Assembly: GCA_964106645.2 (NCBI GenBank)
Contig: OZ067039.1
Source: Podarcis pityusensis
Taxonomy: Eukaryota
Length of the DNA: 64,000 nt
Direction: 5' to 3' (one strand)
Positions 37,384 through 50,157 of this stretch are shown piece after piece. Numbering within the stretch: the first letter of the stretch is position 1; each line of letters starts with the position of its first letter. Below the pieces are notes generated by a model. It saw only the letters and a program-made list of their open reading frames with translations. It made no database searches and was not told where the DNA came from. The position numbers and the translations under genes are program-made.

Positions 37384-39408
37384 GGCTCAGAACTTTCCAC
37401 TTTGGAAAAGGAGCTGTGATGAGAGTCTTCTGCACATGGCACTAGAGGAGGTGATTCTATAGAGCTGGCTACTTAAGATTTGCTGTCTGAGGAAGAGAAA
37501 GCTGTGACTGCTGGTTCTCTTGGTTAGATTTCCATAACTGTGAACATGGCCTCTGCCCCTCCAAATCGGGTAAGTGTTTAGCAAGCAGTTCTTTCCCCCT
37601 TTCTCTGTAAAGAGATGTTTCCTCTGACAAACCCAGAAGTTGCACAAATGAACCAACTTCTGGGTTTGTCAGAGTTTAGTCGCCTGACCACTAGAGTTAA
37701 GACTGACTAAAGTATTCGAATGAAATCAATGTTAAAAAGAACCCTTTGAGCAACAGGCACAACTCTGATTCAATATTAAAATGTGGCATGGAAAGTAGGC
37801 ATAGGACCTCAAGTATTCGGATCAGCTGATGGGGCAAATAGCTTCCACATGGTCCCTACCTCACAACCGCCCTCAAGCACAGAGATCATCTGGAAAATTG
37901 TATCGTGTAAATTGACAATCTTAGAGTAAGCTGTGTGCTTAACCAAGGGCCATGCATTACTGCAGAATGCATGCAAGATCCCGGGGCTCAGCATTTAATA
38001 CAGAGCAGGGGGTGGAGAACCTGTGGCTCTGCAGATGTTGTTGCTTGGCCATTGTTCAGGGATGATGGGAGCTGGGGTTTGAGCAACAGCATCTTCAGGG
38101 TTACAGGTTCCCTATCCCTTTTTGCATGCATGGCACATCTATATGTGCAGACCTAAGGAATTTTAGCCACAGATAGTTAGAAAAGTTATACACACACAAA
38201 GCTGCACAATGAGAAACAGCCAGGAAGACACACACACCCCATAGCCTCTCTAACATTTTAAATAATGGTTAAAACAAGAGCTCGAAGGATTGAACTCTTT
38301 TCAGCTGAGATTAAAGGGACAGGGGGATTGGGGAGGAGAGGAATGTCCTAAGAATCAAGGTGACTTACATTTGATCCCATAGTAGACCACCTCCTTTTCT
38401 CCAGTGAGCAAGCTGGCTCCCTATTATTGCTGGCTTTTTTAAAAAGGAAAGGGAATATAGATCAGACATGCAGGGAGTAAGATGTGCATAGTGTGCCTTC
38501 TGCTAATACTCCATTCACTCTACCCTCACGTTAAAAAACTTTTATCTAGGTCATGAAAATCTTCACTTGAAATGGGTGGAGATAAGATACAAAAGAGAGA
38601 GGAACACAAACACATGTACACACACACTAAAAACAAACACACAATGCTTTTCCACTTCCCACTCTGGTTTACAGAACAGTAAACCTTTGGCACTAGGAAA
38701 TCAAGTGGCTCAAGAGGAAGATTACCATAGACTTAAACCACTGAAACAAAGAAGGCAGACAGGAACACCTCTCCTTTCTCTCTCACTTTCATATGGGGGG
38801 GAGGGGGAGAGATGCTTTGGTGGCATGTCTGACCTAGCATCTATCAGTGCCTCACCAGGCCTGTATCAACCAAGTTGCTAATGAAAGCTTCCTCATCCAG
38901 ATCAACCTCACCTGGTCAGGACTGCAACTTTTGTTGCTTTAACTGGAGGTGAAACTGCATGGATAGGATATGGAATGTGCGGCACCTCCTTCTCTCTTTC
39001 ACGCAGCCCTGTGCCCCATAACTTAATAGCTTCAACTCATGGCACAACACAAGGTATCACATTCAACTTCAACACTAGGGCAGCTGTCTATGAAACTTAC
39101 AGTTCACCTCCCAATTGACCAAAGGGGACAGGGGAGGGGGGGGTCAGTCTGTGCTTTCTAACAAGGTCCATCTCAGCCTTAGTAGGAGTTCCCCCAGAGT
39201 TTCAAGAAAGGGACACTCACCTATCACAGTAAAGGACCTATCTATGGCAAGGAGGCCACAACTAAAGTAAATCATCAAACCAATGCATATCCTGTTGAGT
39301 TTCCCTCTCAACCTCATCCCCTCCCTAGGGATCAGTAACTACAGCCTACACAGAAGAACAGAATAGATGTTTCACATCACAGACACTAGAAAAGAGAAAG
39401 ACACTACA

Positions 39409-39414
39409 TTTATT
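39409..39414 (-). terminator. Candidate proximal polyadenylation signal (AATAAA)
   Basis: About 190 nt after the stop, followed on the minus strand by a GU/U-rich tract (GTAGTGTCTTTCTCTTTTCTAGTGTCTGTG). Confidence 0.45.
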
Positions 39415-39603
39415 ACAGAAAAGTACTGTTATTTGGTCAGTTAATGTCAGCAGCTTGGGTACTGTTGGAGAGGGGAAAACAACAGTGGCATAGAGTTTAT
39501 ATGGGGTTTTTCTTGGGTTTTGTTTTTTTTAACGAAAAGAAAAGTGTGGGGCGGGAGGGGGAGAGGAAGAGAGCAGGCTGGGTCCTTGCTTAGGCATGGA
39601 GTG

Positions 39604-39742
39604 TTACATTTCATTGGCCACCAACTCCTCTTTGTCAGCTACGCCATTGGAGAGCATATTCTGGCCTTCATTCAAGCGTTTGACTCTGTAGGCTTCAAAA
39701 TGGATGCTGCTGGTAATGTCCTTGATGTTTTGCATGTGTGTC
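39604..39742 (-). CDS. SEPTIN9: Septin-9 last coding exon (THMQNIKDITSSIHFEAYRVKRLNEGQNMLSNGVADKEELVANEM*)
   Basis: tag|G acceptor; in-frame TAA at 39604-39606; short C-terminus without a coiled coil, typical of SEPT3-group septins and matching the SEPT9 ending. Confidence 0.97.
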
Positions 39743-40129
39743 CTACGGGAAGGAGGAGAGAGGATTAAAAAGAGATCTTTCTGATGTTGGAAATAAAATC
39801 AACAACAGCTTGACACAGGAATGTAACGGAGAAGGGCTGTAAAAGCAGTGCCTTGCAGATGCAAAATCTGAGATGCTGTTCTTGACATCTTCAGTAACTT
39901 TGGCAGACCCCTGCCTGAAACTCTGCTGCTAGTTAGAATGGATAGCACTGGGGTAGATTGACCCAGACGGTCTCCCTTTGTCAGATTCCTATAACAGGAC
40001 AGCTGAGTGCTGCCATGGGAAGTAAGTATAGTAGACCAGGATACCTTAATAACCGCCTGAGCCCTCATATCCCAACTGGTTCACTGAGATCATCACTGCT
40101 AGTTGCTTCCTAGGTTACAGAGGGACAAC

Positions 40130-40405
40130 TGGCCTCAACCAGGAGTTGGGCACATGGTATTGCTGGAACACTTTTCCAACAGAGATTTGGCAGGCAGACT
40201 CGCTTTTTTCAGGCATCCATTGATGACCTTTTTATGCTGACAAGCTTTTACAGCTGTTTAGGTGGGGTTTTTTTTATTAGCCAGTCACTTTAATGCTTAC
40301 CTATATTGTTTTTATTGGAGTTTTATGTTTAAACGTTGTATAAACTGCCCTGATATTTTATGATATGGTGGTGCAAAAATACTTTTATTTACAAATAAAT
40401 AAATG
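40130..40405 (+). mobile_element. L2 3' tail fragment in last SEPTIN9 intron
   Basis: ggaacacttttcc...agagatttggcaggc...aagcttttacag, ending aaataaataaat. Confidence 0.55.
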
Positions 40406-40514
40406 AGTTACTAGCAGCAGTACCAGCTGTGGGGTGGTAGCATCCAGGATGCATTGGCTGTGATGCTACTTCAGATAAATAGATATTACACACATGTGCA
40501 TGTGTGGAAATACT

Positions 40515-40515
<1 letters not shown>

Positions 40516-40556
<41 letters not shown>
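40516..40556. repeat. Compound (TG)(TA)n(CA)n microsatellite
   Basis: Direct reading. Confidence 0.9.
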
Positions 40557-40659
40557 AAACAAAGTTATAGATACTCTACTCTTAAATCACAGAAACAAAA
40601 TTAAGGAATCTTGAATTAACACCCCCCCCACCTCTTTCTCCCTTGAAACTGTTACCAAC

Positions 40660-40711
40660 CTGATCAAGAGATCCCGCAAGTATGCGAACTCACAATGCGT
40701 TGTATTCTCAA
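40660..40711 (-). CDS. SEPTIN9: Septin-9 penultimate coding exon (VENTTHCEFAYLRDLLIR)
   Basis: ttttacag|TT acceptor, AG|gttggt donor; 52 bp; septin VEN..HCEF motif. Confidence 0.96.
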
Positions 40712-42964
40712 CTGTAAAAGAAGGATACAATACTTGATATGAGCACAAAATCAGACTTCAGATTCACAAACCACATCAATACCCAAAGAACTTGCAAGTG
40801 TCTGGAGCATAGTTTAAATTCTCAATAGTGGCCCTTGAAGATCTATCATAGGTTAGAACAGGGCTAGCTGTGCCCTCTAGATGTTGTTGGGCTCCCAGCT
40901 CTCATTAGCCCCTGCCAGCATGGCCAAAGGTCAGGGGTTATGGGAGTTGGGTGTCTAACAACATCTGGAAGACAACTGGTTCATCACCCCCTGGGTTTGA
41001 GGAACAGGACAAGTTCTTCACAGTGTCTAAACAGCGTTGCCTTGGGACTCTCTCTTTACAGAGTGTGTGTAGAGTGTCCCCACTCTCAATCATTTATATA
41101 TAGGCAACAAGGCAAGTGTCATGAGTTCAAGAAGACCCTGCTTTGTGATGGCCTCACTGATTCCATGAGTTACCAAGGATTGGCCACAGGGGGGAACCAG
41201 AAGGCTTAAAATGAAGGCCTTTCTTTTCAGAGAAATCCTGCTTTGAGAAAAATGTTTCTAACCAAGGAGCCAAAGAATCACAAATCAGAGACACCCACAG
41301 AAATAAAAAGGTGGCAACAAAACAAGTGTGGCTTGTGCGGCTAGATGTACAAAAGGAGTAACACAGGGGAGGGGAATCATTTGATGTTGCAGTTGACATG
41401 GTAGAGGCAATTTTGAGGGAACACACAAACATTTCCAGTAGGAAATCACACGTTTCTCAAACTGTGGTGATCTATGAGCGCCATTCAGACACCCCATGAA
41501 AAGCTTGTGGAGTAGTCAAGAGTAGCTGTAGTAATGAAGTATATGAGATACTCTTGCATATTCCAAAAGGTACCTGAGTATCTGTAACTGACTCTGCCCA
41601 TATTTAATAATCTACAGGGTCTGGGGCAAAGCAGGCTCACAAGGCTCTGGACTTGTGGTTTTCATCATACTGTGCACTTGCGCAGTTTACTAATTCCCCA
41701 CCCAAATCTAACAGTTAAAGGGGCTTTTCTCAGCAGCCTGGCCTAAGGTCCATGACTTTCATTTCATTTCAAATATTTAAGAGTAAAGCTCTCTCAAAGT
41801 GGCTTCCATAATAAACAAATATCTCCTGCCTGTCAAATATACTCTCCCAGATTTCAGTTGTATTAAGATCCTATATTTAGCATTAATTAAATCCTTAGTA
41901 TTTATATGGCATCATCAGTACACAGGGTTTGTCCAAGAAGTTTACAGCCTAAAATTCAACGCAGGGGCACCACAAAGGAAAAAGAGAGAGAAGCAGAAGC
42001 AGGGATAAAATAGGGAGGCAATGTGTGCTTATTTAATTTGCATGCACTTAGTCTTAGTTACAGGGGAGGCCACAGTCGCGAGGCAGTAGAGCTGTGCACC
42101 AGATTTGGCCAACGCCCAAGCCACAGATTGCTGTGAGGCAGGTTTGATGGCCCTTGGCTGTCAGGGGTGGGGTATCAGGCAGGAAGAAAAGGCAGGTAGG
42201 GCAGGAAAACTGTAGGAAAAGGCTGAGACCTACCCTGCCAGCGGCTGCGTCTTTGCAGGCGCCGGATGACTTTGCAGGATCAATGCCTCTGCCCAGCTGA
42301 ATAGAGGCATCAATCCTATGGGGGTGCAGCTGCTGCTTTGGAAGCAGCTTTTCTGCACCAACCCTGAGCGGTACCATTCGCTACTTCTTCATGAGCAGAG
42401 CAACTTCACTTGCATGAAGAGAAGCCATTTGCAAAGGGGCAACACTGCACAGGATCAAATAGTCCCACTTGCCAGCTTGCAAGTGGTGGGAGGAACCAGT
42501 GCTGCAGGGTGCTGGCTCTTGCTCCTCCACAAGCAGTTTGTTTCCCTCATGTGCAGGGAAGCTGCTCACAAAGGAGCAGCATTGTGCGGGATCAGATGTT
42601 CCAGCTTGCCAGCTGGCAAGCAAGAGCATCTGATCCTGTGCGGTCCTCATCTTGACCATACTTTTAAATCCTATTTTAACTTTTTTATTTTAAAAACAAA
42701 CAAACCCTGAGTCCTGCTCCCTCAAATTTCTTAGGGAATGGATCCTGGGAAAGTTAGGTGTCCCCAGGGGCCTCCAAGGTGGATAGGACGGTCATAGATT
42801 GTCCCTGGGGCAGATCAGCGGGTCTCTGTACAGCCCTACTGATGGCCAGTGGGGGGAGTGCTGTTGCAGCCCAGGAGACTGGAGGGGCCTCTAAGGTGTT
42901 TCTTTGGCAGTCTTAACAGTTTAAAGATTACTAGGAAGCAAGAGACAGGAGAAAGAGCTCTTAC

Positions 42965-43061
42965 CTTCAATTGTGCCCCACTTCGTTTTCCTTCCCAGAA
43001 TTCGCCTTCCATTTATCTGGTATTCCTGGTCACTGCCCACCACAGCAAACGGAATCATTTC
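42965..43061 (-). CDS. SEPTIN9: Septin-9 exon, septin unique element (EMIPFAVVGSDQEYQINGRRILGRKTKWGTIE)
   Basis: PFAVVGS and GRxTKWG motifs; tag|GAA acceptor, G|gtaaga donor; 97 bp. Confidence 0.97.
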
Positions 43062-43440
43062 CTACAGTTAAATTGCAGAGTGTCAGAAATTGGGGCTCAT
43101 GAAATCCAACCCTTCTTCATTAAGTCGGAAATGTGTTAATTCCTGTTACCCCACCACCACTATCACCACCACATACTCCTTTATTTCAGAGAGTTCCAAC
43201 ATCCACTTTAGCTCTTCTGAGCCAGTGAAACAGGTTAAGAGGGTCACCCAGCCAAACTAGGCAAGCCTCTCCTGGACACTGGCCCATGAGAGATGAGCGA
43301 TTTTGAGAATTTCACAGGCAAAACTGACTTTTCACTTAAGTATTCTTGTCCTTGACAAATGACCATTGAGAAGGATGCTTTAGGCTCTGTTTGCCTTCGA
43401 GCAAATGCTAAACAAGTCAAGGAAGGACCCGCTCACTTAC

Positions 43441-43536
43441 TCTAAATTTCTCATTTATTAGTCGGTCTTCAGAGTCCTCATCAAACTGTTTCTGTGGGTA
43501 GACATCAATGCCATTGGCAAGGAGATCTGCTGTGAT
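43441..43536 (-). CDS. SEPTIN9: Septin-9 exon (ITADLLANGIDVYPQKQFDEDSEDRLINEKFR)
   Basis: cag|ATC acceptor, AGA|gtaagt donor; 96 bp, phase 0/0. Confidence 0.97.
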
Positions 43537-44413
43537 CTGTGGGAAAAACAATGCAGGGAACAGAAGAAGCCTGTGGTTAGTCAGAAATGCTAATAAAATA
43601 CCTTTATTGAAAAAGCTATCATAAGAATGTAAATACACCATTGCTGGATCAGGCCACTGGCCCACCTAGTCTAGCACCCCAATCTCACAGTGGATGCCCA
43701 GATGCCCATAGGAAGCCAGGAAGATGGACCTGAGCCCACTTTACAGCATCTGGTATTCAAAGGCACACTGCTCCAACAGTGGAGTCCTCAAACAGGAGCA
43801 GATGGGAATTGCAGTATGTGGCCATGTTCTTCATCAAGCCAACTGATGCCATGGTTTGAGGCCCATGATGTAGAAACCTTCCCAACGGTAAGGGTGCCTG
43901 AGTTCTGATCAGCATCTGGGAAAAGACTTGGGAAACTGATGGACAGCGCCTTGGGTTCCAAGGAAGGGTTCCTTCCTTATCGTAAATAAACAACAACAAC
44001 AACTAGATAGTTGACTAGATAAATTGGCTTTTCCCAACCTGTGCCCTTCCAACTCCAAGCCCCACTGGCCATGCTGACATGGACTTGTGGGAGTTTGGAG
44101 TCCAGCAGGATCTGCAGAGCCTCAAGCTCTCCAGTTCCTGTTCTGTATGAAAAGCAGAGTCCAGGATCTTGCATATACCCTGCAGTGTACAGCTCTTGGT
44201 TAAATGACACCAGGTTGGAGAAGGTGGAGATACAATATTAAATACTAAGTGCAGTGCAGTTCTAAGGAGCATTAAAGTTTGAGGGTGACATTTTTGGTAC
44301 ATCTCCTTGATCCATGCTGCTTAATGCAGCTTCACAAACTCATGTTTTACTGCTGCACTTGCTCCAAGGGCAACAATGGTTGGAAACTGACCCATGCCCT
44401 CAATTTCCTACTA

Positions 44414-44654
44414 CAGTCGTACCTTGGAAGTCGAACAGAATCCGTTCCAGAGGTCTGTTCGACTTCCAAAACATTCGGAAACCAAAGCATGGCTTCTGAT
44501 TGGCTGCAGGAAGCTCCTGCAGCCAATCGGAAGCAGCGCCAAACGTTCAGCTTCCAAATATTGTTTGAAAACTGGAACACTCACTTCCGGATTTTGATCG
44601 TTTGGGAGCCGATTTGTTTGGGAGCCAAGGTGTTTGAGATCCAAGGTACGACTG
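44414..44654. mobile_element. Tc1/mariner-pogo MITE (second family)
   Basis: 15-bp TIR cagtcgtaccttgga/tccaaggtacgactg, TA TSD both sides, central palindrome gattggctgcagga...tcctgcagccaatc. Confidence 0.93.
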
Positions 44655-45156
44655 TACAAGGAGAAATCCAGCAGTTAATTTCCAGTTACTGGGTCAAAAG
44701 GTAGCAGTGGAAGATAGAACGATAGGTAGCCAGAGCAGGGTGAGAGGAGCATATACACCTCTTAAGTTATTAGTCACATGGCTGGGCATATGTTGCAGAG
44801 TTAGGTGGAAAAAGCAGGGGGTTGATGGTACACTTCTGTAGCCATTTGGACAGCAGGCCTGGACTGTCTTTAAAATCCAGGAGAAAGATTTGCAGAAGGA
44901 AAAAGAATCAGAATGGGAAATTGAATTTATTCCTTCTCCACAGAGAGAGAGGCCAAGCCAAGAGAAATACGTGCAATGGCTTGGAGATCAATGAAGGCCT
45001 TTCCTCTCACCATGCAAGATTGCTCTGAGCTGCGGCCCGAGGAATGTGCTGGGCTCCTAGCCAGCGACTGGGATTCAGAGACCTGCACAGGGGAAGCTGC
45101 AGGAGAGGACAAGAGATCCTCAGAAAGGTCAGAGAAGAAGGCACCATCCCTCTTAC

Positions 45157-45274
45157 CCTTTGCTTGAAGTAGTCCCTCTCCTCTAGCGTTAATGTGTCTG
45201 CTTTGGCGATGACAGGCACAATGTTGACCACTTTGCTCAGGCGTCTCATGAATTCAATGTCCAGCGGCCGGAGG
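45157..45274 (-). CDS. SEPTIN9: Septin-9 exon with G4 motif ([39 protein letters not shown])
   Basis: AKAD motif; ttttag|C acceptor, AGG|gtaaga donor; 118 bp. Confidence 0.98.
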
Positions 45275-47064
45275 CTAAAAGCAAGATGAAAGGACTTCTT
45301 AAAACAAAAAGGAGACCAAAGATGCTGAGACATATGACATTCCACTTCCCTTCCCAACTGACAGTAGGCCTTTCTAGAAGCACTGAAATGCCACAAGGAA
45401 GCAATTTGCTCTGTGTGATACTCAGGAGGCCAACAGCTGATCTAGGGTGTGAAGTGGAGGTGGGTGAAGGCTCTGGTCCTTCTGCCCCACCAGCCAGGTA
45501 TCCTCTTGCCTCTAACATGACTACGTTCTCAATAGGACAACAGTAACCAAATGGGGGCTGGAACCACTATTTGGTTACTGTAAGTTGATCACTTAGGCTG
45601 CTGGTTATCAAGCAGGCCTTCATGACCAGGTGTGCCAGACAGTGCCTGTCTGTGAGGCGTACATCACAGGGTGGTTTTCCTGGAAGCATTTGTGGCAATT
45701 GCCACCAACAGATATATGACGATTGCAACAGATAAAGAGCAAGTGATAGCAAACTACACCTGAACACATTTAAACATTTTAGACATAGACATTGTTGCTA
45801 GATGGACTAGTTGTCCCAGACCAGGACTACATTGAGGACAAAGGGTTAAAGCCCCCCCCATCCCAATTGGACCCCTCACACCAGCTGTTTACTTTTTTAA
45901 AAAAGAAGTGTGTTTTCGCTAATTTGGCCCTAAGTCTCAAGACAGATTACATTTCTCTCCACCTTATATGCAGCTATAAATCCTGCTAGTGTATGCATGA
46001 TGGATGCTTCTTGGCCTGTGGAGTCACAGGTTCAAGTCATTCTCTCAGCCCAGCCTACTCTGCAGGGTTACTAAGAGGAAAAAACAGGGTTAACTCCTTT
46101 GTATGCCACTGAGTGGCAAGAGGCAAGAATAAATGTGATGGACAAACAAACTGTGAGCATTATGGGTTAGGAATTTGCTACATGCCACATTCATTTGCAG
46201 AAAAATATGGAGGTGGATTATTGGATGGAGTAGCTTTAATCATTGCTACATGGGACAAATATGTTGTTTTCTTTGTCTTATGTGCACCCGCACCACAGGC
46301 ACATCTGTCACTTATGATTGACCATACATTGCATAAGAGCTTTTGGGGGTGCGGGGTGATCTATGGGAGTGGTAATCCAAACAGGAAAAATCAACATGTG
46401 TGAAGCACCCTCACTGTGCAGGAATCAGCAGAAACAGAAGGCCCAAGAATTTCAGCTCCTAGAAGCCTTCCTAATTAGGGATTGTTTTTGCCAACGAACA
46501 CGATGCCAAATGCTTAGCAGACCAAAAGTGCACGCACACACACACCACCAGCTTTCCAAAATATCTTGGCTGGGTCTGCCTATTTACAGGGAGTAGCCAT
46601 TTCATACAATGACCCACAAAAAGAAAGTGTGCTTTGTTTTTTGCATTAATCCTGAAAGCAAGTTAAGCAGCTTCACGGCTCCACAGCACTATTACTCTGC
46701 TCTGCACTCAGCAAGGTAGTCAGGACCGAATTAAACCTGAGTTTGCATCAACACCAGTCTAGCTGGGCAAAGGGGCAAATCCTGGCTGCAGGGGCTAAGC
46801 TGCTTTCTCTACTAGTCCTACCAGTTTGCCTCCTGGCTTGGGGGGGGGGGTGCAGATATATTCCCCTGCCCTCCTCCAGAAAAAAAAGAGGAACGTGAGA
46901 ATTTTGATAGGATTTTTATTTTTATCTTTTTGGCCTGCAAGGCTTCTGCACGTGGCCTGGCACACTTTGCCAAGGGAGGTAAAAGCCGCTAGCAGAAGAA
47001 CAGAGCCTGTTAGAATGAAGAGCTCAAGGAGACGATGACAGTACTGAGCATCTTCTACATGTGT

Positions 47065-47098
<34 letters not shown>
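47065..47098. repeat. (CA)n microsatellite
   Basis: Direct reading. Confidence 0.95.
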
Positions 47099-47101
<3 letters not shown>

Positions 47102-48783
47102 TGACAAGCAGAGAAGCCAGAGAATTGTGACAGCCTGGAAAGAGTAGAGTTGGGCAGGTCCCAGTGTCAGCCTGCCACATGAGGCAAGTGTGGGATACCA
47201 GAGAGGAGGCTGCTTGCTGAGGAGATGCACCCAATTTAGAAACCTTGGCCCGTTTAAAATGAGCCTTAGGTACCTGAAAGGATTCTGCTGGTTGTTTCAT
47301 CACAGGATTTTGTATTTTATGCTAAATGTCACAGTGCACCCTGAGTATTCCAAGGGTGAAAGGAGGGTTATAAATCTTCTAAATAAGTACTGCTAGTATT
47401 TGTTTCTAACCTCATCACCATGATGAAAAAGACTCACAATGCACCCTTTTATTTATGCATGTTATGTAGCAGGAAAACTCAGGGGATGTGTGAGTGTGAA
47501 CACAGAAGGTAGAACAGTAGAGTGTTCTGCAGGGTTGGGCAGGGTCTACCAAAGCTATTATCTTCCAAGCAGGTGGTACTGCCATCAGAAGAAAAGGTGA
47601 GAGATACCACTTGTACAGGCCACTCTCTCATAAAAATGGTGCAGAAGCAGCTAAGTTGTTAACTATGAGTGGGATTCACACAACAAACCCCATAAGCAGA
47701 AGCCCTGTGCAAGGGCTTTGACTTAACACACTGGGGGCTTTCCCCTCTCTTTTCTCTTTGCATGCCCCCCAATTGCCTTGGGAGGTCAGGAAAACCCACA
47801 GAATAGTGCACAGGGGATCACTTCATCAAGCAAGCTGACACACATGTGCAGAAGGAACAGTCCACACATCATGGCATTGAATTCTCCCTATTGTGACTGT
47901 ATTCAGCATGACTTAGTCCTGTATTTAAAAGGTATGTGCAGGTGCACCACAGTGACACAGGATGTTCTGGTTAAGATGGTCACTTGCTCTTTTATGACCT
48001 ACTAAAACCACTTAAATTTTGCACTTTTATTCAGCATCTTTTAGTCAAGATGCTGAATATAATGTTTTTTATATATTTATAATGCTATAATGCTTTTAAT
48101 GGTTTTTAGTGATGATACAATTTGTGCAGATGGATTCACAGTCAGTGTCACACCAGACTAGATACTCAGCTCTGACTCACAGCTTTGGTTTTCATTTATC
48201 CCTTTGCTCTGAAGCAGGCAGTGTCTGAAAACATGTCGCACCATCCACCAAAAGGCACAACACAAGCTGTCCTCCAGACATAGAATCAAGCCCTTTACCA
48301 CATAGTGAAGTTATGAGCACAGAGGATGACAAGAAGTTCCTGTATATCATGGTACTGTTTCTCAAATCAGCATCCACATCAGGAAATCACAGAGTCAACT
48401 CAGCCTCTACAGTCTGATGTGAAGCTTGTTACACAAACACACGGTGGCCTAGTTTAGATGACACACTTAAGTCAGCAGATGGTTAGGTTCTCTAACCATC
48501 AAGCAGTTTATAAATTTTGTTAAATAAATAAAAACCTGATCTGGCTTGTGGGCAAGTTTTCCATATTTCCCCTACCCAAGATTTGTTCTTTGTTGAAGCT
48601 CATAGTTAACAATGAGCCCCAGTACAAATGGCACACCAAGCCAAAGCATGGCTTAATTATGTGCCCGGAGAGGAGCAAAACAGCTGCAAACTCCCCTCTA
48701 GGAGCTTGTGCATTTGCATAGTCCCAGTAAACCAGAGTTTGGCTTTGTGAGCTGTGCAAAGCAAGAGAAGAGGGAGAGGGAGG

Positions 48784-48789
48784 GAGAGA

Positions 48790-48831
<42 letters not shown>
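48784..48831. repeat. (GA)n microsatellite
   Basis: Direct reading. Confidence 0.95.
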
Positions 48832-50157
48832 AAGTACTGGAGCAAGCATCAGTAGAGCTGCAGAGTTAAGAAGGTGTCCTGATTCACAACCGCTTGGATT
48901 TTCCAGATGTCAAAACAGAGCCTGATGGTGAATTTATAAGGTGGGGAGTGTTTGCAATGTTACTACCTTGGCCACTCCTTCCCTCCACTCCAGTATAAAA
49001 TAACTCAGCCCTTTAAAAATGAGTTTTACTGTCCTGTTGGAAAAAAAGGCTAGGGAACATCAGACTGGTCTCAAGTCTTGCTCGTTCAGAATGGCTCGTC
49101 CTGATATGTATGAAACACAGATGCACAGCTCAGCTACAAGAGGACAGGGAAGTCATCAGATGATTTGCACAAAAGTTCTACTTTAGAACAAGCTAAAAAT
49201 GAGAAGCTTTCACAAATGCTGGTAGACTGTTTTGAGATAGGGGCAGGCAATCCGTCAAACTAGGGCTGTAATGAGATGGGACAATAGCTCTGGCTTACAG
49301 ACTGGAGCAAGGGATTCAAAAGGCTCATAAAAGCCACTCTGAGCTTTCCCAGTTCTCGCCTGTTTCAGTATATGATAAATATTTATGACTATTGCAAAAA
49401 AGAAAAGAAAAAAGAAAAATAGACTTCAGCTGAATTGAATTTAATCCAAATTCCATCATCCCAGAAAGCAGTGCTCAGTGCAAGCTGGCCTCATGTCTCA
49501 AAGGCACTGAAGTTTGATGTATAATATGCTAATACAGGCAGCGTGTGAAAAATGCATGCGTTGCAGAGAGATGGTGCCAAAACCCACGGGTGGCTTAATT
49601 AGAACAGGGAGAAACCAAAGACATATTTTCAGCTTATTGGCATGTTTGGGGGCTTTTGTGTATCTGGAAGCCTGCATGCCTTTGTGGCTATAACCTACCA
49701 TCCACACCACCTCTCTCCCTGCAGTGGTTTCCTGACTGGGGAAGACCCATGAAAATCTCTCCTACTTCATGGACATCATCGTGAATCACATGATATTTCC
49801 ATGATATTGCTCAGATATTTCCATGCTTCTCTCCACAACTCTGAGGCTATAAGCTTTTAGTTTTTGAAGTGTGAGATCCAGTGGAGTCTGCATATGGTGT
49901 TGGGTTCTGGATTATGCAGCATAACCACGCCCATGTGTCTCTTAATTAGAATAAATGCACTTCTCACACTCAAAACTAAAGGAATATGGCAAGCCGCCCA
50001 ATCATTAGGTGTCTGCCCAAAAAAACTTCACAGATTAGTGAGCAACCCCTGTGCAGGAGCATCTATGACATTTACCAACCAAGAACAACCTGACAGCAAA
50101 TAGAACTGTGGAGCAACTGGATCCTCTGTCATTAACAGGGTAAGTTAAGTATGCATT

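Larger units (their letters stand above)
36470..39603 (-). other. SEPTIN9: Probable SEPTIN9 3' UTR
   Basis: Follows the stop codon; repeat-poor and U-rich on the minus strand; cluster of minus-strand AATAAA at 36479, 36589, 36711, 36820 and 36903. Distal end is an estimate. Confidence 0.6.
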
